A stretch of DNA of 64,000 nt from Lingula anatina. Taxonomy: Eukaryota > Animalia > Brachiopoda. Under the pieces are notes generated by a model. That model ran no database searches, was not told the DNA's origin, and worked only from the letters and a program-made list of their open reading frames with translations. The position numbers and the translations under genes were made by a program. Where the stretch lies: contig JBPQGU010000016.1 of NCBI GenBank assembly GCA_051362555.1, forward strand, positions 5,952,001-6,016,000, read 5' to 3'. Positions 1 through 14,015 of this stretch are shown piece by piece; within the stretch, counting starts at the first letter, position 1; each line of letters begins with the position of its first letter.

Positions 1-125
1 CATTTGAATAATTTCTTTCATATGACAGCTCTGTATCAATTCTTATTCCAATCTTAATGATTCCTTGCCCAGGAGACCAAGGGTTATTACTATAAAGGAT
101 ATTGATATCATTTGATTTCTCTCAG

Positions 126-2724
126 GGCGGCCGGACCATTGATTGGGTGACCTTTATAGATGATCATATTGTGCTGCTGATAAATGGAAGTGTTTATCTC
201 AGGGGGAAAACAAACGAGTCACTCCTGGAAATTGAAGGTAGGTTTTGAATTGATGAATTCTATAAAAACTTGAATTGTGGGAGATATTGATATCGACAAT
301 CAGCTGGTTGTGACTAATGCTTGTGTCAATTTTTTGGACGGGGGGAGGATTTGACTGGAATAACCTGTGATTTAATTGTATAAGTTTGAGAGCAAAAGTT
401 AATCGTGTTTATAATGTCATTCTCTGTGTGACAATAATTAGGTATAGAATATAAATGTAGAAACAAGACTTCTAACCTTTGCCCCTCAAATTATTTTGAA
501 ATTGTTCAAAATGAATTGAAGAACTTAAATCTCAAGATTTTTATTGAACAAAAACCAGAAATCTTGAAAATATTTTGGAATGTGCAATGATTTGTAGACA
601 AAATACTATTACTACCAACTTTTAAATCATTGTCTAGCATCTTTTTGTTCTAAACCAGATTTTTTAATTAAGCCAATGCACCAATGAATAAATAAAGCTG
701 TTACCAAAAATTAAAAGAGAAAATATCCATTTATAAGGCAAATGCATAAGTGCATTTTAGTTATTAAACGATATATTGTTTTGTAATGACAGGTCTTCCA
801 GGTGACATCTTGGGTATCAGGGGCAGAGACACCTGCAGTGAGGGGGTGTTAGCACTGGTAAGTATCACACAGGTAGACAAGGATAGAGGGTGAGGGTGGG
901 GGGTTGAAGAGACACCAGCAGTGAGGGGGTGTTAGCACTGGTAAGTATCACACAGGTAGACAGGGATGGAGGGTGGGGGTGGGGGGTTGAAGAGACACCA
1001 GCAGTGAAGGGGTGTTAACACTGGTAAGTATCACACAGGTAGACAGGGATGGAGGGTGGGGGTTGAAGAGACACCTGCAGTGAAGGGGTGTTAACACTGG
1101 TAAGTATCACACAGGTAGACAGGGATGGAGGGTGGGGGTGGGGGTTGAAGAGACACCAGCAGTGAGGGGGTGTTAGCACTGGTAAGTATCACACAGGTAG
1201 ACAGGGATGGAGGGTGGGGGTGGGGGGTTGAAGAGACACCAGCAGTGAGGGGGTGTTGACACTGGTGTCACATTGTTAGATACTAGTACAAGAATATTAT
1301 TATTGTTTTATTATTCTTATTCTTATGTAGAGACTTTTCTATATTTTATTTTTTCCAGAGGGAGAACAGCCACTTTGTAGCCTTCAGTAATACCAAGGTG
1401 TATCTATGTACTGCTAGTACAGTGGAGCAGTTAGAATGGCCACAAACACTACTACAACTAGAGAACCTATTATTACAGGATCCACAGGTAAGACATAGGA
1501 ACATATGACTACAGTGTTCATTATATGATCTTATAGTTGTATTATCTGTGTACTGCTAGTACAGAAGCAGTTAGAGTGGTCTGAGACACTGCTACAACTA
1601 GAGAACCTATTATTACAGGATCCACAGGTAAGACATAGGAACATATGACTACAGTGTTCATTATATGATCTTATAGTTGTATTATCTGTGTACTGCTAGT
1701 ACAGTGGAGCAGTTAGAGTGGCCACAAACACTACTACAACTAGAGAACCTATTATTACAGGATCCACAGGTAAGACATAGGATCATATGACTATAGTGTT
1801 CATTATATGATTTTAAAGTTGTATTATCTGTGTACTGCTAGTACAGGGGAGCAGTTAGAGTGGTCTGAGACACTGCTACAACTAGAGAACCTGTTATAAC
1901 AGGATCCACAGGTAAGACATAGGACTTCAGTGTTCATTATGTGATCTTATAGTTTTTTAATGGGATTTTTTTCTTGGGGGGTGGGGGGGGGGGACTTTTT
2001 GATAAATGAATTCCACTATTCTGAGTAACAGTGATTTAGATACAACCCCTATTTCTTTTACTGTTTTGGCCCAAAGTTGACCGAGATTGTATTACTTTGT
2101 GATAATAATTTGAGTGGTTGGTGAGAGTAGTAGAATAACAGGGTTTCTGCAAGATTTTGAACACAAACTAGAAAGAATCTGGGTGTGTATTCCTTAACCA
2201 TTGCTGGACACTGTTTGAAAGTTTGTCTCTTTGTCAATGTTTAAAGAACCCCAAAAAGTAGTGCTGACAGTGGCAGAATTTTGGGTAGTATAATTGCTCA
2301 GCCTTGTGTATTTTCAGATACAAGTTGCTGTATCTAAGTTCATCATTTTTTGTTTCATTTCAAGGTTCAGGATGTGGCTTTTAATACATTCCCAGGGTCA
2401 GTAGGAATATTGCTAGCCATCAATGCTAATGGACAGTCAAAGGTAATGGGTTCTTCATAAAGTTGCTTAATTGTTCAAACAAACTACCCTTTAATGTTTT
2501 TTACCTTGTTCCTTAGTATCTGAGTATTGGATTAGACATTAGTTCTCTGATGGTTTCCAGTTGATTTGGGTATTTTCAGATGGTAGACAGGATGAAACAC
2601 TGAACCAATAATGTTAAGAAATAGTATACACAGACTGGTCAGTTTGTTTCACTTATGCAACCCAAAATGTAGTATTTCTCAGGACTGCCAACCACAGTGC
2701 CGGTGCTTTATGTCTGCTCTAAAA

Positions 2725-2758
<34 letters not shown>

Positions 2759-4880
2759 TATATTTTTTTTTTTTTTGTTCCAGGTTGTAGTATTGCTGTA
2801 TAACATATATGAAGATGTTTGGGAGATTACACCTATGTGGATGGATTTTAACATTACAGGTAGGTCTGCCATGTTGGTAATGTAATTGTACTCGGATTCC
2901 ATAGGTGACTTGTTATTCTTTTTTTAAGTTGGTGATTTAATTCATGCTGATCTCTGACTAAAATGATGTCTTATTTATGTCTACAAGATGATGAAATCTT
3001 CTACAATTTTCAAGTACCAGTAAAAACAAACTTTACATCTCAAAATAACTGACTTGAAAGAGGACATTTTTCCAGGCTGATTTTGGACATTTCCATTGAA
3101 CATTCTTGGTAAATATATATATTTTGAGTATAATGTTCATTTTAAGTTGACCAAAAAAACTGTTTATTTAATGGTTGGTTCATTTAGAACAAATGAAATA
3201 ATTTTCAGGTCCTGTCTTTTAAACCTGTTTGTATTACAAAGTAATTTCTCCTGATATTTTAAATTTGCTCTCACTTTCAGAGTCTGGCCCGCTGAGTTTC
3301 ATGTTCCAGGATGCTGGGAAGACGGCTTTCCTGCTCCGTGATTTACACAGACTCTATTACAGCTATGAAGAAGGTAAAAATATTTGTAAAACTTTCTTGC
3401 ATAATTTCATTTTCTTTGAAATGATAAGACCAGACATTTATATCTTTTTGACACAGTTTGCAGTGTGGTTGAGATATTGTGTCTGGTGCGAAATCTGTTT
3501 GAGAAGATAGATCACTATGCTTTAGATAGACATGCATTGTGTTAGGTGTGATATGTGTGCATTGTGTTAGTTGAGATATGTGTACAATGTGTTAGGTGTG
3601 ATATGTGTACAATGTGTTAGGTGTGATATAAACACATTGTGTTAGTTGAGATATGTGTATTATTTCAGGCACAGAGAATGGTGTGATGACCTTGCTGAAC
3701 TGTAACACAAGTGATCTGGTGGAGGAGGGAGAGTTCATACAGGAAGTGACCATTAGTATGCAGCCAATTTCATTCTTTTATTTCTTGATTTTAAATTTGT
3801 TCAGAAATATATATCAGAAATTTGAAAACTGATGGAGCTCTTAAAAGTGAAAAATAGTAATGACGTTAATAAAAACCTTAAGTTTAAGATGTGAAAATAA
3901 TGTGGTTAATAAGAAAGTGTATTAAGATATGAATTAAAACTGGAACCCACCAAAGGGGGAAAAACACTTTTTAACTAATATCTTGTACCATGTTTTTATT
4001 CGGTTTATCTGATTGCCATTCATCCTGAAAATCCAATTTAATTATCATTATTTAGAAGCGATCTTAAGTATAGATTACTTTGGAATAAAAGTTATTGGAA
4101 TTAAAAAGTAAACTTAATTTTTAGTATGTCATGTGAGTATTTGTTTATATATTCTTTTTTCAACAAATTGTGATGTGTATATTTCCATCCTGCTCCCACA
4201 GGTCCCCTGAGAGAGATCATCATCCACACCTCACGAAATCATTTGTTTCACAGTAAGATGAAGATGAATCAAGTTCTGAAGGTGAGCTAACATTGATTAT
4301 TTAATAAATGATATTGATTTGGAAAATTTAACTCGTTTCAAAGAAGTTATATCAGAAAAAATAAAAAGGTGAACAACAAATGTTATTGCAAGGAGAATGT
4401 TTTGAAGTAGCATATATTTCAGTGACTTGATGAAATACAATTTAGATGTGAGTCCAGGGACCTAGTTGATGAGATATTACTAAGACACTAGGAATCGAGA
4501 TATGTACTTTATTGTCCTTCGAGTGTCCAAAGATGTCTATTTGCCTGAACTATCATCAAATAAAGAACAAACGTTTGTCTTTCCTTGTTCCATGTTATCT
4601 CTTAATAATAATAATAATAATAGTAATTAATGATGATGATGATTCTGATCATAATGAAAACAGTTGTTTCCAAAATGTTGATGATTATGATAATATTTTC
4701 CAGCTGGAGTCAGGAGAACTGCCCAGCTCAGATGTTGTGGTAAGGTTTGATGCTCTAGATAGGATGTACCTGATGGTGTTAGAGAACGGCACCCTGACCA
4801 GCAGAATTTATCCACTGAAGAATGAGATAAGCAGTGGTCTTTTTCCTCTACAACAGTGTCCTGTGAGTTGAGATGTGGAT

Positions 4881-4916
<36 letters not shown>

Positions 4917-5457
4917 TTAATGTAAATGATAAGACTATATTGTGTAACAGTTATTGGTTTAACACAATATGGTATGGTTTAGACTGGCTGAAATCATGGG
5001 AGCTTCAGAATAATTTTTGGGAACTAAAAAATATTGGCACTAAAAAGTGGATATGGTAAGACCTTTCAGCTTTTAAACTAAAAATTAATGCAGGAGGTAA
5101 CCAAGGAAATATCATGTATCCTGTATTGGATATTGAAAAAAAGCTATTATAAACTTAATCTAGATAGGGTGGTTGGGAAATAACTGGGGGTTAACAGAAA
5201 ATAGAAGACAGACATCAAAGTCAACCTTTTCATACCATCTACCAGTGTACCATGATGTTTCATAATATTTTCCAATTTGTATCTTTCTAGCACCTGTCAT
5301 CAATATTTCATGTATTGTTTATTTACATTGTTTTCAGTACCGTTACTTTGTACACAGTACAGTACAGGACTTATACAAGATAGATATGGGGGAGTCTATC
5401 CATGTCTGGGCCATGTTAGTGTTCCTTGATATCCACAGTGGATTTCTACAGGTAGGA

Positions 5458-5531
<74 letters not shown>

Positions 5532-6955
5532 AGGACCTGTACAAAATAGATATGGGGGAGGTCTATCCATGCCTGGGCAATGTTAGTGTTCTTTGATATC
5601 CACAGTGGATTTCTACAGGTAGGATGTGGTGGTGGGGGTGGGAGGAGGGGGGGGGGGGGTAAATTAAAAAGGAACCTGTACAAGATTTGAGAGAAGTTAG
5701 TTTATATAATTAAGTATTTCTGGTTATGAGAAATCACCCAGACCAGAGAATGCTGAATGTTTCTTTAGGTAAATGGATAAAGTTTATTTTCTGTGCTGAA
5801 ACTTAAATTTCAGTTATATAGCACTAGTGTTGAAAAAAATCAATGATTGAAATTGAAAATTTTGAGCGTATTGTATTAAATATGTTCCAGATGTTCAATC
5901 ATAACTCCACTCTTGTCAAGTCCAGAGCAAACTCTGATATTCAGTACGGAAGAGGAGTTATTGCTCATAACAAGGTCTGTAATATGTTCAGTATGGAAGA
6001 GGTGTTATTGCTCATAACAATATTTCAGTAATATGTTCAGTATGGAAGAGGAGTTATTGCTCATAACAAGGTCTGTAATATGTTCAGTATGATATTCAAG
6101 TTAGGTGTTTAGTTCCAGGGAATAAAAATGATAGCTGCGTACATTGTATTCACTTGATTTTTTTAAAAGCACAGGTACACTGTTAATGGTAATTTTAACA
6201 ACTTTATAAAACTTCTGCATTGCACAGAATTGTTTATGGCACTTGGTGCAAACTTAAGTACTTACTGAAGATAAAAATAATTCTGGAAAAAAAGTCCTAC
6301 TTGGGAATATGATCTATCAAAGCCAAAAGACTAGCTTTCATGTGTAGTTGGTTAATGTTTTAAACCCTGTTTATCTTATTTGTATGAGGAGTTTAAAATG
6401 ATTTAAATATTATTTTACATTTCCAGTCTGTTACCTTTTACCACCATATGGATTTTTACAGGTCCCCAAATTACACTACTGCTAAGTAAGTGCAATAGTA
6501 ATCTTAAATCAATTTTTTTTTTTAAAAGATAACTTTTGACAATATTCAGACTTTGATATTTCCTAGAACCCATTATTGTAAATTGTTTTATCCAACATTG
6601 AATTTTTTCCAGATATCTTTTCTACAAAATCAATCTCACGCTGACATTCAATATTTTTTAAATTCTCACTGCATATTATGAACATAATGTTTATAAGATG
6701 TAGACAGGATAATTAGTAAATAAATAAATACATACTAGTAAGATAAATAAATAGTTACATTATTGGGTTTTTTTTATCATTTTAGAAAACTTGCAACAGG
6801 TATCTCTTGCTTTGAGTTGATACCATCAAATATCAACCTGATATGCCCATCTCCTACCCAGATTGTAAGTATGTGATAAATAAGTTTATATATTTAAGTC
6901 AGAGTGATTGATCATTGTCAAAATTGGACTGGAGGGCAATTTTTGTACTCAGTAG

Positions 6956-6986
<31 letters not shown>

Positions 6987-8262
6987 GGGGAGGGGGACAG
7001 TTTGCATTTTTGTCACCAATAATTTCAAGAAAATTTAATATTTTGATTTTACCCCAGGTCTCCTACCTGTCTGTGGGATGTCCAAAGGGAAGGCACCTGG
7101 TTTTAAAACGGTGAGTTAATTTACCTTTTTTTCAGTAAAAAAACAAATAACTTCTGATTATAGATAAACTACCTATCCTGGCAAGAATTGAGGGCCAAAT
7201 CTTAAGTTTTAAATTAATCAGTTTGTTTTATTAATAAATGATTTATTTTTGCCAGCTATATTGATTGAGACAGCTCGGAGCTGTTTGAAGTAATTAATAT
7301 CGACATTCTGTTTTTTAGATTAGGCTTGTGATGTAATCTTGAGTTGACAAAGGTTTGCCAGCATTTAAAATAATCTATATAATTATTAAAATATTAATTA
7401 TAAAAGAAAATTCAGAATTTAAAAAATTATGTTTTAGGCCAGCTGCAAGTGAACCCTGTGATACTGTTGATACATATACTATTGGAAAGTGAGTACCTCT
7501 CTTTAATTTGTTGCTTTTATATAATCCTTATATATTGTTGGAATATTTTCATTCCATTCTATTCATTCCATGTAATACCTTTGACAGTTTTATCAGTTAG
7601 TATTCCATTATATGGTGTTATTGAAAACATTATGAATTTTTTGAGAGATATGTAACCTTGCAATAAACTTAATGATGTCACTGGCATTTAAACTAATCAT
7701 TTCAATTCCATCTTTACAGGGAACATTTCCTGCATTTGGATGGGACATCACCCACACAGGACAAGGTTAGTTTATTCTTGTCTAGATCCCATACTTGAGT
7801 GTAATTAATTGTTTTTATATAAGTGTGTTGTATTTTATTATTAACAAAAACAAAATTTTAATTGAAGAAAATACCCACCATGCAGTGACACCTCTCCGGC
7901 AGTCAACATTGCATGCCATGGATATACATACATAGTCAGTATTTCCTCACTGGCCTTTAATAGACTTATATCTTACCTTACTGTGAAGAAATGTTAGTTA
8001 ATACATTTAAATCAGTTACTCTTATATACTTATATAAAAATTAATTACATTCTCAAAATGCTTTTAATTACCAACATAGAGTCTGATTACAATTTTTAAA
8101 ATAAATAAAAAAATTTTATTTGAAAAAAGTGTTATAACTGATTTGACTGGCTGTTATCTTGACATTGTACTATGTTTTGATATCTTAAATTTTTTAACTG
8201 TCCACATATCTGTTTACATTATACTATACATTTTAATAACTTAACTACCTACATATTTTTAA

Positions 8263-8303
<41 letters not shown>

Positions 8304-10258
8304 CTCTAAGTCCTATTTACAGTATATTAAGTATACAATTCCACTGTCTGTAATTCCTTCTTCTCGCCCAGGTTGTCCATTATGACCTGGTCAGGTTGGG
8401 ATGTCCAGTTAGAGTGGACAGCAGTCACAACTTTTTGCCACAGTTAGAGCTGTAAGTGTATGGGAAATACGAAAATTGTGATTAGTGTTGTAAATGAATT
8501 ATCAGTGAGACTTTTCTGCCACAGTTAGAGCTGTAAGTGTATGAAATATGTAGTGTCAGTTATTTCTCCATGATCATGTTAATTATTTAAGTTTTAGCGC
8601 ATTACCAGTGGAAACCTTGTTAATATTCACTTTGTTTACTTTTTACTAATGTGTATGATTACCATGTGCATATATTATAGCAAAGTTTGTGTTTGCACAT
8701 GTCGTAGCCTTATTTATTTCTTTTTTCCCCTGATTTAAGGTATGATGGAGAGGAATTTGTCCGTCCTGTGACTGGTAATTTCATACTATGGGAGGAGCAA
8801 GGTAGAACTGACTACAGTTATAATGCTACCATGAAACAGGTAAAACTTAGACTGCATTCCCACAGATTTTAGATCGATCAATCCCTGTGGGGAGTGTCAC
8901 TAGATTGTTGTCAGCTTAGCCAGCTTAAATGTCTGTCTCGCCTACTAAAAGCTGTAAGGAGGTAATTAACTTTCGTGGCTGACAGCAATTTAGCGTGAAC
9001 CCCCAGGGAGTTAGGTGGATCTATATGGATCAATCTAAATCTGTGGGAACCCAGTCTTAGATAAGTAGCTTGTAGTGTGGGATATTTTTTTCAGTGAGTA
9101 CGTATTGATTAAAGGGACAAAGAGTTTTCTTCTTCAACTAAAAGCCAGTTTGGTGCAAATTTGATTCAGTATTTCATATAAGGTCATTAATTATAAAGAG
9201 AATTAAAAAGTAATTGCTGTAATAGAAATTTAGTTTTTTTTTAACCCTTTCCAGGCAGGGTGTCATAAGGTGGCTCAGACTTGGTCACAGATTAGAGAGG
9301 AGCAGGGCATGCTCACAGACTGGGGACAGGGGTGGGGTCCTTGGGTAAATACACTTACTATTATATTTAAAAGTATAACCCAGTTTTTTCATGTACTTGC
9401 TGTTGTGTAGAGCTGTCCAGTTCAGTAGAAATATAGGATTCTGGTTTGAAATTCTATAATTTGTATTAAAACAACACATATAATAGCCAAAGGAATATGA
9501 TACAACAAATCATATGAGATAAAAATGTTTTTTGTTTGTTTTCAAATTTTCTACCACAAAATTTAAACAGTATATTTTTTTAGAATTATAGGAGTTGTTT
9601 TGAAGAGACGAACACTGTAATTGACAACAGATTGCTGCAGAGACCGTATCAGATCCTGAACTCCACAGGTGTGTCTTGGTTACAGTTTCCTAACACCCAC
9701 GACAGTATGTACACCTTCCGGGCCAGAATTGTAGACCCCAACTACAGGTAAGACCATCTGCTATTTGTACTTAACATATATAATGCAACCTTTTTTGAAT
9801 AATTATTTTAACTGGAGATCAGAAGATTTAATATGCCTTTCAGACATTATTGCAGGCTGCAGAAAAAGAGAAGCTAAGAAGTAGGACAAAATTAGTTAAT
9901 TGATTTTATATATTTAATTTATTTATATTATTTTGTCAATTAGTGGTTCAATTGTATCACCCAACATTATTTCTCATATTTCAGTTTCTGTGACTTAGAA
10001 ATCTCCTTTGCAGTACAGACGTATGGAGCACAACATCCTGAGGACCTCACGGTTACCATGATAACAGTGGGAGGTATCATGGGAGCAGTCCTCTTGGGAT
10101 TGCTTGGATCGTACTTTGTGTACCGCAAGCAAACCAGCCAGGCCTTTGCTACCAGGATGATGCTGGTGAAGATGCTGCACAAGGAAGATCATTCACACCA
10201 GAGGGAAAGTCCTGTTCCTAAAAAAAGAACCTCAGTTTTAGGGGATATATGGAGCTAG
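126..10258 (+). CDS. CATSPERE: Cation channel sperm-associated auxiliary subunit epsilon-like (3' part; 5' end lies upstream of the window)
   Basis: 21 phase-consistent GT-AG exons: 126-237, 793-857, 1359-1487, 2365-2442, 2784-2859, 3281-3373, 3669-3755, 4202-4281, 4704-4862, 5338-5451, 5891-5974, 6427-6485, 6786-6864, 7058-7110, 7438-7488, 7720-7765, 8372-8451, 8740-8839, 9255-9344, 9584-9747, 9985-10258. The C-terminal translation VGCPKGRH...GCPVRVD...NFILWEEQGRTDYSYNATMKQAGC..AQTW..WGPWNYRSCF..PYQILNS..MYTFRARIVDPNYSFCDL..FAVQTYG plus one TM helix matches the motif order I recall for CatSper-epsilon better than for delta. Confidence 0.85.
824..1265 (+). repeat. ~83-bp G-rich tandem repeat (6 copies) containing an exon 3' end and 5' splice site
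   Basis: Unit AGAGACACC(T/A)GCAGTGAGGGGGTGTTAGCACTG|GTAAGTATCACACAGGTAGACAGGGATGGAGGGTGGGGG..TTGA repeated. Confidence 0.95.
1400..1955 (+). repeat. ~141-bp tandem repeat (4 copies) of an exon 3' half plus donor
   Basis: ...GGATCCACAG|GTAAGACATAGG recurs at 1488, 1628, 1770 and 1912. Confidence 0.95.
3530..3662 (+). repeat. ~26-bp minisatellite
   Basis: TGCATTGTGTTAGGTGTGATATGTG-like unit, about 5 copies. Confidence 0.85.
8850..9056 (+). mobile_element. PIF/Harbinger-like MITE (family H), copy 1
   Basis: TIR GACTGCATTCCCACAGATTT / AAATCTGTGGGAACCCAGTC, 3-bp TSD TTA; 5 copies in the window. Confidence 0.85.
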
Positions 10259-10306
10259 TGGGAAAAGGAAAAATGTTGAGTTACTTGTTTTTTGAAACTA
10301 CAAAAC

Positions 10307-10338
<32 letters not shown>

Positions 10339-12146
10339 CAGAAGACGCACTTTTTTGATATGACAAACAAATAATAGAGCTCTTATACAATTTGCCAGCA
10401 TCACCCTTTTTGAAAAAAGTTTTTGAACTTTTCAAAATTTTAGAGTGCATAAAAGAAAATTTGTGAGGATATTTTCATGTGACTTGGTGTGGGAGTCATC
10501 ACAAGAATTAAATTTCATAGATATGCTTTAAAACATTGAGTGATGTAAAGATTGGATTTTATGCAAGAGTATGAATCTGGATAGTATGCAGTCAGACCAT
10601 ATTTATGAAGACATCCCTCCCCTAAAAACAGATGCAAGATGTCTAATTCCAACTTATATTTAGCTCTTTAGGTGTTGTGTTTTGTTGACAAGAAAATTTA
10701 CAAGTGAGTGAAAAATAAATATGTTATGAAGAAAGTCTTTTGTGATTTTAAGAAGTACGTACCCTGGTATGCGAACTATTTTACATGAAATCCGTTGCAG
10801 GGGAGCGTTGTTGTAAACGTAATCTGAAGGATCGAGTGGAAGTAAAAAGTTTATTTCGCACAAGAATTATCCCAGTCTCTCCTCTCGTTTTCATTGCAAG
10901 CACAATGCAGCGATGTACTGCAGCAACATTGCGCTAGAGAAGACGCGCGCAATCTGCCATTGGGCTGTAGAGCCCTTCCGTCAAAAGCAGTGAAATATAA
11001 TCATAGATGTTTTCTGAAATAATAAAAATAAGACCACTTCATGTGGAAATAAAAATAGTGTGAGTGAATCTGCCAGAATAACGGAAGGTACAGAGCTTTG
11101 TTAGTATCATATTGACTTTTTTCTATTTTCATTTAAGTTTTATTTTCACCGCGGTAGAAATTGTTTTCACCGTGGTGAAAATTCCATAAAATAAAGACTT
11201 ACACGACATCAGTGCTCTATCGCGAATACAGTGATTTGCATATGTTAATTTTGTGTAATCTATTCGGGTTTTTTCATTTATTTGTTGGAGGCAAACTTGA
11301 ATTGTACATTTTTTCAAGAAAAATTTACTAATTAAAAACAAATAACAAAAAAAAAAAAAAAAAACGTAGTCATATATATCTTTTAAGAAAAAAAAAAGCA
11401 TTATTCATCTTAAAAGAGCATTCAATAAATTGTCCTTTTTATGCCAAACACAATTTCTAACAATAGAATAATTTACAATAGGTCCTAAGTTGGATAAAAA
11501 CGGCTTTAAGAACGTGGAAACGACCTTATTTTATTGGGAGGAAAAACTGAATGAACAGAAGAATTGATGCGTGAGCGGGTATAATATGTAGTTAATCATA
11601 TAATAAACATTACCCATGGTATTATCAATTATAATCAACAGAAATACAAAATTGAGCGGGTTAATTGCGCTTTAAATGCAACACTTCTTTGTACATTAAC
11701 CTAGCCGATTTGTGAAAATTATCATTATTATTATCATTTGCCCCTGAAACTTTGATTAATACACGAGCAATCCTGGGTCGGCTCTAACATTACAATACCA
11801 ACAACGTCACAACTCGATAAGAATTATTTTATTTTCAGTTCAAACAAACGCTTTAATGGCTCCATTTACAGTTACGGACGCACAATCCATGCGATTCCGT
11901 CTCGCTGGCTTGGAACAGAATGACACGGATTCAATGTTTGTGGGGGGTGACTAAACGAGATTTGAATAACAAGGTCGCTATGGGATACGGGCTTACTGCA
12001 AGCAGTAGGTCATACAGAGCCTATCACATTAACTGCTTAACCAAAAGCCTTGAACATACTGAATAAGGTCGAGCTAGATGGAGATCTCTCGAAATACTCC
12101 ATGGACTATATGAAGGCTAGAGAGAGAATCTGTATTATTTAAGACG

Positions 12147-13430
12147 ATGTTTATTATAGTAAAATACGGGAACAACGAGGAGTTGATCTGCAACCCTAGC
12201 TGTGCCGTTGTGAACCTGCTCAACAACATTAAGAAACGGACAGGCTTCGGTAACACTCCAGTTAGCCTGGACTTGTCCGACGAAACAGGTGAGGGTCGGT
12301 AGGGGGTTACTTGAGTCCATATCGGGTGGAACGTAGAATTAGTGAAGCATCTTCATGCAGCAAAACTCGGCTGTGATTTTGAGAAAAAGTGCTACCCGGC
12401 TCCAAGATCGTTTCCGTGAACTTTTGATACTAAGATAAGGAACCGCCATATGAGTTATAACACTAAGTTTTTTAGATCCCGACACGTATTGCTAGTTAAT
12501 CAAATTAGCATTTGAATTGTGTTACGTTTCATCGTGTTAATACCAGTCAAATCTTTATACTATCATGTACAGTGGTCTACGAAGTTTTCTCTCTTCGGAC
12601 ATATCGCTACTACACGTACTCTACTACATGTACTACCGGGTCGGTACTACTTCTATTACTACTAGAATAGTACTACTATCGTTCACTATACTAATTACAA
12701 TACATATGACAAGCCATGACAATCTGCTGAATTCGCCGTATCCCCCTTTAAATGAAATAACTGAATATCTGCCGGACCGGTATGGTTTATTTAACAACTT
12801 GTATTTATGTACTCTTTCACTTCATTATAAGCACCTGAAAAATGTCGGTCGTGCATAAGAGTTAATCGGCTTGGTCAAAGAACAACGTTTTATCATTCTA
12901 GTTCATTAATGAAAAAGTTAAAGATAAGCTAACCAAGTAAATAAAACATCAGCCCGTGGATGGGAGGTTTTATATAGCGTTTATTGATCCAGAGTCGTTA
13001 ATCATGTCATCATTAGTTTACATGCTATCTGAAGAGTGCCAATTTCTCGATTTAAAAATGTCGTCTCAAGTAGATTTCTGTATTTGCAGGTTTGATAAAG
13101 GAGTTGGATGCACACAAGCACGATTATGCAACCAAATATCTGGTCTCCCACAACACTTACATCCTAGTGGAGAAACAGATGCTCCCACCAGACGATGACA
13201 ACTACAACGGGGACGGCGACTCCTCCTCCCCTTTACCAGGAAAATACCAATATATACCACTCCTGGAAAAACACAATGAGATTTTCCCGAACTTGAAACT
13301 TCACGTGGCTGAAGTACAGAAGAAGAGGAAGATGCGAGCGACCAGTAAATCCCCAAGTCCCGCCGGCCGGGTCACCCTTAGCTCCAAGTCCAAGAAGAAG
13401 CCGAGTCAGTCCAAAATTGCCAAGAAATGA
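12147..13430 (+). CDS. CXorf65/C22orf15-like (DUF4640-type) small protein, 160 aa
   Basis: Exon 12147-12288 (MFIIVKYGNNEELICNPSCAVVNLLNNIKKRTG...LDLSDETG) splices in phase 1 to 13090-13430 (LIKELD...TYILVEK...YQYIPLLE...basic tail). The N-terminus resembles the CXorf65 pattern MFIxxKxGxxxxxLxNxxCxVVxLL..DLxxxTG as I recall it. Confidence 0.75.
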
Positions 13431-13674
13431 GGCGGTGTCCTTCTTTCTAAATGTGTTATTATCATTATTATTATGAATGCTCTAGTATAATTGTGATATC
13501 TGTGATAAAGATTAGCGTGTGGGAGTTTGATGTAGGAAGTAGGGAAATGTTTAGATTACTAAAAAGACGTAGGCTACAGATTGGGTAGTTGTGAATAGAA
13601 AACTTAAGGAATTTCCAACCTTGAAAGGTAAAACGCCATTTATTTGGTATACTTGTATTGTTTGACAAAAGTAA

Positions 13675-14015
13675 TTTTAGGTGGATGGAGATGGCTGTGC
13701 ACGTTAAGAAGAAGAGAGAACGTTTTCGTTTTTGGGACTTAACTATTACGCATGAAACCAGGGGAAAACGTCAACGATCTTACCAATAACATAACTGCAA
13801 TAGCCTAAGTAGGACAAAGATACGATCAAATATATTTAGTATCCTAACATTGTTTCACAAAAGTAATAATTACTAATATTTAGGTGGATCGAGATGGGTG
13901 TGTTCGTAAAGAAGAAGAAAAAGCGCTGTCGTTTTTAGTTCTTTACTACAGACTGTACAACCAGGGGAAAGCTCAACGATCTAACGTAACTGCACTAGCC
14001 TACGCAGGACAAAGG
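13675..14015 (+). repeat. Diverged tandem duplication (~200-bp period) downstream of the CXorf65-like gene
   Basis: TTTAGGTGGAT.GAGATGG.TGTG..CGT.AAGAAGAAG...CCAGGGGAAA...CAACGATCT...AACTGCA.TAGCCTA...AGGACAAAG occurs twice. Confidence 0.75.

Noticed and set aside
2721-2776. A-run/(AT)n/T-run hairpin at a 3' splice site, and the ORFs across it
   Set aside because: Low-complexity sequence; the self-complementarity and the ORFs follow trivially from composition.
4881-5528. Long poly-G runs as G-quadruplex elements or poly-Gly/Pro ORFs (also the poly-C run near 56805-56836)
   Set aside because: Homopolymer lengths are unreliable in assemblies and the ORFs are compositional artefacts.
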